This document shows positions 25,868 through 36,489 of a stretch of DNA of 64,000 nucleotides, one piece after another. This stretch comes from Chiloscyllium plagiosum. Its lineage: Eukaryota. The position numbers and the translations under genes are program-made. Under the pieces are notes generated by a model. It worked only from the letters and a program-made list of their open reading frames with translations, searched no databases and was not told where the DNA came from. The stretch spans positions 44,706,279 to 44,770,278 of the forward strand of contig NC_057728.1 in the NCBI RefSeq assembly GCF_004010195.1. Direction: 5' to 3'. Position 1 is the stretch's first letter, and each line of letters starts with the position of its first letter.

Positions 25868-26575
25868 CCTGAGAGTTTACATCTTTGAGAATTTTACATG
25901 TCAGAAATAGAAACAAAGCCTACAATTACCTGACCTGGAACCAATAAACCCAGACCATAAATGCACACCTGAGCTATATTTTAACAATCGCTTTGGTAGT
26001 GATACAAAGATGGACCTGTGACTGGAACTGGAAAAGTATCCCCGAACCCCTTCTTTGTATGCTGTCTCAGAAAGGATAAAGCAACTGGTAACAGCAAAAA
26101 TTGGAGAAATATTTGAATGGTGAATACTTAAGGTGATCAATGACTGCTATTGATTCAGGACACCCCTAACCAACTATAGTCTCAGGTTAAAAATTAATAT
26201 CCTAATATCCTAAACGATGGCAACATTATTTTGTTTTTCTTTTTATACTGGACACTATCCCATTTTTAACTTTATACCTGTGCTTATGTATATTTTTATT
26301 ACTTTCCTCAGGGTTACATTTTCTTTCATTCAATAAAATCTTATTTTCTTTTGGGAAACAAGTTTACTATATTTTAGCAGGTGGAAGATATGATAACCAA
26401 GGAGGTTGAAAAAGTGGAGCCGATTCTGACCACTATCATTTGGTCTTAAGAGTGTCATCAGAAAGCTTAGCACTTAGTTGCTCATCCAATTTATTAATTT
26501 AAATTATAGAGGGCTAAGCATTGATCCCTCCGGTGCTCCACTGATTAGTTTATCAATTTGAAAATCAGTCAATTA

Positions 26576-26896
26576 GGGTGGCACAGCGGCTCAGTGATTA
26601 GCACTGCTGCCTCACAGCACCAGGGTCCTAGGTTTGATTCTAACCTCGGGTGACTGTTCTGTGTGGAACTTGCACATTCTCCCCGTGTCTGCGTGGGTTT
26701 CCTCCGGGTGCTACGGTTTTCTCCCACAGTCCAAAAGATGTGCAGGTCAGGTGAATTGGCCGTGCTGAATTGTCCATAGTGTTAGGTGCATTAGTCAAAG
26801 GGAATGGGTCTGGGTGGGTTACTCTTCAGAGGGTCGGTGTGCACTTGTTGGGCCGAAGGGCCTGTTTCCAAACTGTAGGGAATCTAATCTAATCTA
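26576..26896 (+). mobile_element. HE1-like V-SINE
   Basis: A and B boxes, V core, gggccgaagggcctgtttcc 3' end shared with CR1, (aatct)n tail. Confidence 0.92.
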
Positions 26897-26901
26897 AAGA
26901 A

Positions 26902-27168
26902 TCTCTACAATGTGGAAGCAGACCTTTCATCCCACCCCCACCTTATAAATCCACATTTCCCATGGAAAATCTACCTAGCCTGCCCATCCCTGATCACCAA
27001 TTTAGCATGGCCAATCCACCAAGCCTGTATATCTTTGGACTGTAAGACAAAACCCGTGCAGACAGAGGAAGGTAATGTGCAAACTCCACACAATCACCCG
27101 AGAATGGAATTGAACCCTTGTCCCGAGCACTGAGGCAGCAGTGGTAAACACTGAGCTACCACTCTGCT
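26902..27168 (-). mobile_element. Older HE1-like SINE, tail-to-tail with the preceding copy
   Basis: caatttagcatggccaatccacc core; antisense B box ggaattgaaccc. Confidence 0.75.
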
Positions 27169-27705
27169 CTTGCTCCCAACTCTCTGCTTCCTGTTAGCGA
27201 ACCAATCCTCTATTCATGCTAATATTACCCCAAAATACCATGAGCTCTTATTGTGTATTGTAACATTTTATCTAACACCATATTGAATGCCTTTTGGAAA
27301 TCTAAATACACTATAACTACTGGTTCTTCATTATTCATTTGCTTGCTATTTCCTCAAATAACTAATAAAACAGTAAAACATAATTTTCCTTTCACAAAAC
27401 CATGTTGTCTCTCCCTGAATGTGTTATGATTTCCGAAATGTCCTACCATTGCATTTTCCATTTTACAAATATTAGACTAACTAGCCTATAATTTCTGACT
27501 TTGTCTTTCTCCTCTCTGGAATAGAGGTATTACTTTATCCACTAGAACCTTACCAGAATCCATGGAATTTTGAAAGATCTCAACTAATACACCAACAATT
27601 GCTGCAGCCAACATCTTTTAAGACCAAAGAATGTAGGTCAATGTTTAGTTCCATAATTGGTCCAACCTTTTATATTTATAATCCAAAACACCTACTCTAC
27701 TTAAA

Positions 27706-28020
27706 TAGATTAGATTAGATTCCCTACAGTGTGGAAACAGACCATTTGGCCCAACAAGTCCACATCGACCCTCCAAAGAGCAACCGAGCCAGATCCATTG
27801 CCCTACATTTACTTCTGACTAATGCACCTAACACTACGGGCAATTTAGCATGGCCAATTCACCTAACCTGCACATTTTTGGACTGTGGGAGGAAACCAGA
27901 GCACCCAGAGCAAACCCACGCAGACACTGGGAGAATGTGCAAACTCCACACAGTCACCCAAAGCTGGAACTGAACCAGGGACCTTGATGCTATGCGGCAG
28001 CAGTCCTAACCACTGAGCCA
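27706..28020 (-). mobile_element. HE1-like V-SINE
   Basis: (tagat)n tail, V core, antisense pol III boxes. Confidence 0.9.
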
Positions 28021-29172
28021 TGCTTAGTATCAGTATTCCTTTACCTTTGATTTCTTAATAAGCATATTTGTTCACCCTTATTATGTTTTATTTAACTAAA
28101 TTATTCTCATATTCTATTAAAGTTCTCTGTTGTAACTAATAGTTGAAGAACAAGGAACTTCAAACTTAATGTAATTAATGGTAATGAGTGATTGCTTGGT
28201 CCAAAGCTGACACATTACAAATTTTACATGAATTCTAAAATTAATGGCATGCTACATTTAGGTCAAAGTCCAAGTTTTCTTTTAACTACAGACACAAGAT
28301 TTAGACAAATAAAAGTGTACATGATACATGTTTGCACAGGTTTTTCTCTTTCTAATAAAAGGATTTCTAATTTACGCAAAGTTCATATCAGAGTGTAAAA
28401 GGGACATTGACAATATCAATTAAATTATAAGCACAATCATGAACTATAATCAGGCATAAAATAAGGAACCATTTTCAATTTCAAATTGACTAGAATCAGG
28501 CAAATTTTAGTTGCTGTAACCTCAATCTTGAACTCCTGAGCTTCAAAATATGTAATCAATATAGAATATTTTGCTTGTCCATCCAGATTTCTTTGTACAG
28601 TTAATTGGACAATCATAGTTGTAAGAGAATTTTACTCATTCCAAGTAATGAATTACGAATGAAAACTTGGAGTACAATCAACAAGTTTACTATTTAATTT
28701 TCCATTTATGTAATGCCAGCAAAAAGCAATATTTTCCTTTAGAGGAACAATTATTGTGAATAAATAGGTCTAAGACTGAAAGGAATCAATATAAACTTTT
28801 ACTGATCTTCTCTTGGGCTGAAATTTATTGATTCAAAAATAGCCAAAACATTAGCTTGTTAAAGAGGCTTTGTTAAATGACAATCAAAAAAAATAGTATT
28901 GTGGAAACAAGGATAACAAGAAGACTTGAACTACAAGCTAACATTCACATGTTCATCATGTGAAACATATTGGCACAAAACCTTTGAAGTGTGAATCATG
29001 GAATGTACATTGGAAATAACAATTTGTTTTTATGTTAATGTATCTCTGGTAATGCTGATTATAGCAAATCAGATTTGTGAGTAGAATGTATAACTTGATG
29101 TATGTGGCTTGCTGCTTGTCTTTCTTTTATGCTTGGCTTTTTTTCAGGTATGTTTGTGTCATTATTGTTTTT

Positions 29173-29360
29173 GAGACTGGGGTGCTGGAAAAGCACAGTA
29201 GGTCAAGCAGCATCCAAGGAGCAGGAGAATTGATTTTTCGGGCAAAAGCCCTTCATCAGGAAGGGGTCCTACTCCTTGGATGCTGCCTGACCTGCTGTGC
29301 TTTTCCAGCACCCCACCCTCGACTCTGATCTCCAGCATTTGCAGTCCTCACGTTATCCTA
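29173..29360. mobile_element. Family A fold-back mini-element (two inverted pLTR arms)
   Basis: Minus arm 29173-29262, plus arm 29267-29360. TSD gtcattatt(g/a)tttt at 29158-29171 and 29361-29374. Confidence 0.88.
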
Positions 29361-29459
29361 GTCATTATTATTTTGGATGTGTTTATGGTTCTCCTATTGT
29401 AACAGTGACTGTACTGTTATGAGAATTGGCTCTGAGGTACTTTGGGAAAGCAAAAGTTC

Positions 29460-29570
29460 AGAATTCTGAAGAAGAGTCACTGGATTTAAAATGTTAACTC
29501 TGTTTGCTTTCTGTTCTTAGATGCTGCCAGACCTAAGTTTCTCCAGCAATGTCTATTAATGTTTGTCTCA
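29460..29570 (+). mobile_element. Solo family B pLTR
   Basis: ttCTGAAGAagagtcactggatttaaaatgttaactctg...gatgctgccagacct...ccagcaat. Confidence 0.7.
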
Positions 29571-30284
29571 GTCTATTCTATGTTGGAGAGAACGGCTATT
29601 TGTCAAACTGCTCAAAGATGTTTACCTTGTGCTTCAGAATAGCTGACCAGCTCAATGAAAGAATCTCCCACTCTAAGGTGATGTTTGCATTTTATTTTGC
29701 ACCAGTTTTCCACTTGCTTTATCAGATTCACTTTGTCTTTGACTGAAAGTCCTTTTAGTTCCCTCATAGTCTTAGCCATATTTGCTAGACTTCACCCTCC
29801 ATACAGAGACAGATCGCAATGTCAAATTATAGCTTGCCCATGAAATCGCAACTAACCTAACTCCACTCTGATTAGCTAGCAAGGACATAAGACAAATGTG
29901 CATGTTAAGAATCTACCGGTCCTGGACTTTAGCTGATCTCATGCACCATACTGTTTGACTTCTTATTCTGTCAGTGTGACAACTTTGCCACAACCAGAAT
30001 ATGAGATTATCCGAATTTGTCTTATTGTGATTTCTGTCTGTAAATGCTCCTTCGTTTGTTTATTTCTGTATGCGTATGTACTTTTATGATCAAATGATTT
30101 TTAAAATTGGTCATGGTTGTGTTTAAATTGTCTTCCTCCTATAGTTATCAGGCTAAAATTTTGCCTTTGTGGTTTTTCTGACTAAGTCTATTATTTCTCT
30201 CTTCCACTGAGTTTGTCGTATTTTATTTTGCTGGCATCATTATCGTGAAACATTACCTTATCTTTAAGTTAGACTGCAAGATTA

Positions 30285-31410
30285 TGAGCTCCATTGAGTC
30301 AGTTCTGCCATTCAGTAAAATCATGGCTGATTTGATAATCCACAACTCCACTTTCCTGCCTTTTCTCTGTAGCCATTAATTCCCTTACTGATTAAAAAGC
30401 TGTCCATCTCAGCCTTGAATATTCTTAATTATCCACCCTTGACAGCACTCTGACGCAAAGATTTCCACTGATTCAGTACCCTCATCTTTGTCTTAATTTC
30501 AGATTAAAGGGTCACTTATTTATGTCCTCCGTCCTCAAACGACTCTTACAAAGGGACTCTCTTTCAGTATCTATCCTGTCAAGTCCCCTGAGAATATTTG
30601 TTTTGTCAGTGAGGAGTAACGGCAGGATCAGTACTGGGGCCATAATTATTTATAATACGTATTAATGACTTAGTCCACAGAAGTGAATGTACTGTTGTCA
30701 AGTTTGCAGATCTTGCAAAAATAGGTGGGAAGGGAAGTGGTGAAGATGACAAAAATTCTATCAAAAGACATAGACTGATTAAACAGGTGAGTAATATTAT
30801 ATTCTGTCTTTTGCAAAAGGAAAATACTGTGAGAAAATGTGAAGTTATGCACTTTGGCAGGAAGAATAGAACTGAATGTTATTTCTCGATTTTTATGCAT
30901 CACGCATTTTGAATTGAAGAACAACATTTCATTTGCCTTCTCTATTAATCACTAAACTTATACGCTAGCATTTTGCAATTCATGAGAATGCTACAGCTTT
31001 CTGCACTACTTATCGATTCAAATAATATTCAGCTTTATACTTCCTGCCATGGTGTATAACCTCACACTTTCCCACAATATACTTGCAAAAGATGGAATAC
31101 AGTATTATCTATCCACTTAATCTGTCTGTATCCCTCTATAAATTCTTTTATCATCCTCACCTCTTGCTTCCCTGCCTATTTTCATGAGAGATGCAAGTCT
31201 GGGGATAGTACATTCATTGCCATCATCTAAGTCATAAATATATATTGTAAATAATTGTGGCCCAAGCACTGGTCACTGTTACACTCCACTAGTTGCAGGT
31301 TGCTATCCTGAAAAAGCATCCTTTTCCCTAACTCTCTATTAGTTAGCCAATCTACTACATGCTAATATGCTACTTTAATACCATGGGCTCTTATCTTATT
31401 AAGTAGCCTT
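30285..31410 (-). mobile_element. Old CR1 3' fragment with an internal plus-strand RT segment (30610-30885)
   Basis: Antisense CR1 3' UTR. Plus-strand GSVLGP..INDL..KFAD..CEVMHFG. The same region also occurs on the minus strand at ~31050-31295. Confidence 0.6.
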
Positions 31411-31529
31411 TTGTGCTTTATTGTACACCACTTGGAAATAATTTTTAAAAGCGTACCTAAGCTGGTCACAGAGAGAGGCCCTTGTCACTTTTATATCTTT
31501 GTTATATTTCAAGTCAACTATTTGAATAC

Positions 31530-32012
31530 TCTTCAAGCTAGCCTACAACCTTGTACTCTTTGTAAACTTGAGCTTGTTCAAAACACTTCTGGTCACATCC
31601 AACATTATCAATCAGCCCTGTGCTTGCTGACTTATATTGGCTCCTGGTTCAGAAATATATTGAGGTAAAAATTCTTGTCTTTGTTTTTAAATTCCTCCTT
31701 GTCTCATCTCTTACTATTTCATAACCTGCTAGAATTACAACTCTCCAAGCCTGGCAATTCTTGTGTTTTCTTAATAACCATCATTGCAGCATTGGCAGCC
31801 TTCAGTTGCCTAAGCTCTGAAATTGTCTTGTTAAATATCTACCTCTCTTCCCTCCTTTCGGATGCTTCTTAAAATCTGCCTGTTTCCCCAGTTGTTCTGG
31901 TATTTCATTCCATGGCTCCATGTCAAATTTTACCTGACAATGCCCCTGTGAAATGGCTTGGGATAATTTGGTACATTAAATCCAATAAGTGAAATCTTGT
32001 TTTTGCTATTGT
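31530..32012 (+). mobile_element. L2 LINE 3' end
   Basis: KLELVQN...PVLADLYWL..KILVFVFK resembles the L2 C-terminal LQLVQN..PVLxxLHWLP motif. L2-like 3' UTR. Confidence 0.65.
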
Positions 32013-32623
32013 TGAAGGGCATTGTAAGGACAATTTTAGTTTATTAATCTGAATGTTTAATTGTAGACTAAAATAGGAAAGGAATTGTTTTAAAAATGAA
32101 ACATTGTGGAAGGGACGATTATGTTTTTTTTAAAAAGCAAGTTATCCACATTTACTGTATGTACTGTTTATAAACTGCTTGTTCAAGTACTGGGGGGAAG
32201 GTTTGTCAACTCCAGGGGATGTGTGAAAAGTGAAATTCAACTGAAAAAGTGTAGTTATCTGGTCTGTGGTATGGTGACCTATTGTTGATGACAAAGGCTC
32301 TTCTGTCTGCCAACAAATACATGATTGGCTCCTAGTTCGCTGAACAGCTTGTGGGTATGAGTGATATGTGCAGAAACCTTTGGGCATTCAAAAGAGTAAA
32401 TGGTTACATCTCTGTCACTTTCCCTTTCTGCAGGAAAAGCCTCTAAGAAGTAGGAAAAAACACCACTAAGCAGAAGCTAGTTTATTTTCCCTTATCAGTT
32501 GCTGTTAAGTTGTGACTGTTGGTCACTGAGTAAGAGACTTTGTAATTTGTGAATCAATCACTTTGTACCCCTTGCAAGAGACATTGATGAGCAATAAGTC
32601 CTGACAAGCAAAAAGATCAGCTT

Positions 32624-32956
32624 CTAGATTAGAGTGGTGCTGGAAAAGCATAGCAGGCCAAGCAGCATCCGAGGAGCAGGAAAATCGATGTTTCGGGCAA
32701 AAGCCCTTCATAAGGAACATAAATCTCCTAGTTAGTATTCTAATTTCCTTATAAAATTCCCCCTACATATACAAACAGACAAGCCAAAAATCATTGGTGT
32801 CAAGGGTAGGTTTGTTGCAGATGAAAGGCTGATGAAGGGCTTTTGCCCGAAACGTCGATTTTACTTCTCCTCGGATGCTGTCCGACCTGCTGTGCTTTTC
32901 CAGCAGCACTCTAATCTAGACATTGGTTTCCAGCATATGCAGTCCTTGTTTTTACC
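32624..32956. mobile_element. Family A mini-element: inverted pLTRs enclosing a captured host segment
   Basis: Minus arm 32624-32717, plus arm 32829-32956. TSD (c)aaaaagatcagctt at 32609-32623 and 32956-32970. Confidence 0.9.
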
Positions 32957-33571
32957 AAAAAGATCAGCTTGCCAAATGCTATTGATGGGGGCCATTAAAC
33001 TCACTTTGAGTTCTTCCCTTGACACCAATGATTTTTAGCCTGCCTGTTTGTATATGTAGGGGGAATTTTATAAGGGAGTTAGAATATTAACTAGTGGAGA
33101 TTTATGTTGACAATTTATAGTTGTTTACCTATAAGTAGAATCAATTTACTTGTAATAACTAGTAATTCTTATTAAGTACAGAAACCTGGTCCATGATTGT
33201 TAACCGGGATCTGAAAGGACAGGTATAATAGGAAATTTTGTGAACTGTGATAAAACTTTTAACGGATGTGATGACTCCAGAAATAGTGAGGCTTGATTTC
33301 CAGTACACTAACCCAGAGAGGCATGACAGTGTGAAATGGATGAGATTTGAATTGATACATAAGTTGAGTTTCTTTGTGGGAGCAAGAAACAAAGTAGGTA
33401 AGGGCCTGGAAGAATTTAGTGAACACTTAGCCCTCAAGTATTTGCTAATCTTTGCCAATATGAAGACAATGAAGGGATTCCATTATGTTTGACTGATTCC
33501 ATAATTCAGTGTTAGAAATACATTAAATACATTAGAAAACTGTTGGCAAAAGTTGAAATGAATTGAAGTTT

Positions 33572-33710
33572 GGTGTTGGGCCGGGGTGGACAGTGTTAAA
33601 AATTACACAACACCAGGTTACAGTCCAGCAGGTTGACAATCCCCTGATGAAGGAGCGGCGCTGTGTGATTTTTAACTTTGTCCATCCCAGCCCAACACCG
33701 GCACCTCCAA
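33572..33710. mobile_element. Short fold-back element with a partial hammerhead core (probable fourth pLTR family)
   Basis: ~38-bp imperfect inverted repeat (ggtgttggg..aaaaattacaca / tgtgtgatttttaac..cccaacacc) around CTGATGAaggagc. Confidence 0.6.
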
Positions 33711-33889
33711 ATTTGGTGTGATGGTGATGAGGAGGGAGTGGAGGAATATATCTATTGGAATGTATTTAAATGGAAATGGTGGAAAAGGATCCCTGTGGAT
33801 TTGGCAAGAAAAGATTGTGTTAAAACAAAAGAAAAGATATTTGAGCATGAAAGCAACTTGATAGAGAAAAGACTGGATTGTTGGAGGGA

Positions 33890-33928
33890 GGTGTGTGTGT
33901 GTGTGTGTGTGTTGGGGGGGGGGGGGGG
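33890..33928 (+). repeat. (GT)n microsatellite and poly-G run
   Basis: Seen directly in the sequence. Confidence 0.95.
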
Positions 33929-34108
33929 CAGTGTAACTGCCATGCATCATCCCTATTACCTTCCAAAGTTTCCTGAAAATGGAAATAGGCTCTGATTTCA
34001 AAAGTCAAATGAGATCTGCTTTTTATTCAGTTAAATAAAAAGAAGGCACAAGTGAATTTAAAACTGATGACAAAAAAAATCAACCACAAGCTATCTCTCT
34101 GCTAAATT

Positions 34109-35393
34109 CAGAAACAAAAACAGAAGTTGGTGGAAAAGCTCAGCAGGTCTGGCAGCATCTGTGGAGAGAAATCAGAGTTAATCTTTCAAATCAAGGGACC
34201 CTTTCTCAGAACTGATGGTAGCTTGGAATATGTTGATTCATATGCAGAAGATAGGGTGGGGGCATGGGGATAAGGAGCAAACAATAGGTGGGGATGGAGC
34301 CCACAGAGAAAGAGGAACAGTTGGACAGACAAAAGAGTGGATAACAATCCACCTAGGAGAGTGAAGAGCTGTTAATAGGGACTGGTAGTAGCTAACAATG
34401 GATGGTGTGTAATAGCAGACTATGTGATAATATTGCCTGGTGGGTGGTGGTTGGGGTAAGGACATTCAAGAGCTCAAACTTGAAAGTTTGAGTCAATATT
34501 GTGTCCGGAAGACTCCAAGCGGAAAATGATGTGTTGTTCTTCTCGCCTGCGCTGAGCTTTGCTGGAGCACTTCTCTGCTAAATTTAACCTTATTAAACCT
34601 GTTCTATGCCTGTAAAGCAAGTACAATAATAATCTGTCCTCAAAAAGGGTCCCTGAGCTTGCAGTTACCTGCCACTTCAACACACCACCCTGTTCCCTGG
34701 ACAACATTTCTGTGTCAGAAGTGTTGCAATGCTCCAGCAAAACTCAGCGCAAGCTGGAAGAACAACAACTCATTTTCTGCTTGGGGACCGAGAAGCCCTC
34801 GAGACTCAATATTGAGTTCAATAACTTTAGGACTTGAGCTCTCCCATGTCTTTACCCCAACCCCAATTATCAAGCCGCCTTATCATTTTCAGGAAATGTG
34901 GGAAGTGATGATGCATTGCAATTGTGCACCTCATGCCCCACCCCCATCTTCCTCCAACAATCTAGTCTTTTCTCTTCTATCAAGTTGCTTTCATGCTCAA
35001 ATATCTTTGCTTCTATTTAGCACAATTTCTTTCTTGCTCAATCCACAGAGATCCTTTTAGTCTGCAATTATGCACAATCCATTTTAGCCTCTAATAGCTC
35101 CCATTAACAGCTCTTCACCCTCCGAGCCAGATCGTTATCCACTCCTATCCAGCTGTTCTTCCCTCTCTTTGGGCTCTATCCCCACCTATTGTTTACTCCT
35201 TATCGTTCCCTTCATCCTACCTTCTGCATGTAAGACAACATTTTACTCTCTACCATCAGTATGAGGAAGGTCACTGAACCTGAAACGTTAACTCTGACTC
35301 CTCTCCAGATGCTTCCAGGTCTGCTGAGCTTTTCCAGCAATTTCTGCTTTTGCTTCTGCTGATTCACAGCATCTGCAGTTCTTTCGTTTTTTT
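34109..35393. mobile_element. Family B PLE composite: minus arm 34109-34571 and plus arm ~34640-35393
   Basis: Both arms carry the EEQHIIF/EEQQLIF C-terminus, 3' UTR and pLTR. tctctgctaaatt direct repeat at 34096-34108 and 34572-34584. Confidence 0.8.
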
Positions 35394-36155
35394 ACAATAC
35401 TTTCAAATGTTAGCCTCAGTAAGTATTGAAAATGGGTAAGATCCTCTGCTGGCGGCTTGAGCTTTGTTTTTAAACAACTCCGATACACATTCTAATACAA
35501 TAGAATAAAGTGAGAGTCACTTCCATAACTATTTCAAGCCTAAGATTGTTGATTAAATATCAAATTTATCGTGTAACAGAGGCATATCCATTCATGATGA
35601 AATTAATAAATGCCTCCGATGTTTTGCAAGCCAGCCTGCTGCTGGTCTGAAGGGAACACTCACTAACAAATCTGGCTCTAGGATTTATGTCCTTTGTTCA
35701 GGGTTAATTCTGTACAGCAAGTTATTGGTTATTTTTGGCCATAAAATTGTGTGTGTTGTATCAATCCATTCCTGCATATGTAACAAGGTCCACTTTTGCT
35801 GAAACCAATTCTTTTTGACTTTAGAGGTGTTGGTTACAGTTATTATGGTTTGTTGTTCCATCCTTCTAATCATATTATTGATGTTTTTCTCCACCTCATT
35901 CCTTTTTCATTTAAATCAGATTCTGCTCATGCGTGCACAGTCTGATTTGATTCTACACATATTAGCGATTGACCCATCACTTCCCATAATAGTCAACATG
36001 GTGTATTGGTAAGATTACTTTTATTGTTTGTCTTTTTTTGGCCTTAAAATGACTTGAATTCACAAACTTTATTGTTTCACTTTTTTTTTTCTATTCATTT
36101 TAATTTGCAAATTGAGAACCTATTTTATCTGATTCTAAACTGACCTTTTAATATT

Positions 36156-36489
36156 CAGAGCGGAAAATGTGTTGCTGGAAAAGCGCAGCAGGTCAGGCAG
36201 CATCCAAGGAACAGGAGAATGGCTGAGACAAGGTGGGGGGAGGGGAAATGAGGAAACTGGAGAAATCTGAGTTCATCCCTTGTGGTTGGAGGGTTCCTAG
36301 GCGGAAGATGAGGCGCTCTTCCTCCAACCGTCGTATTGCTATGGTCTGGCGATGGAGGAGTCCAAGGACCTGCATGTCCTTGGTGGAGTGGGACATGCAG
36401 GTCCTTGGATGCTGCCTGACCTGCTGCACTTTTCCAGCAACACATTTTCAGCTCTGATCCCTCCAGCATCTGCAGTCCTCACTTTCTCC
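36156..36489. mobile_element. Family A fold-back PLE insertion
   Basis: Minus pLTR and GIY-YIG C-terminus (RRLEEERLIFRLGTLQPQGMN), a 19-bp hairpin, then a plus pLTR with tail. TSD ccttttaatattcag at 36144-36158 and 36488-36502. Confidence 0.88.

Noticed and set aside
26576..26650. tRNA-like A/B boxes
   Set aside because: SINE heads, not tRNA genes.
29637..29677. Candidate 40-nt host exon (IADQLNERISHSK) after tgcttcag
   Set aside because: Weak donor (gtgatg), no recognisable protein and no partner exons.
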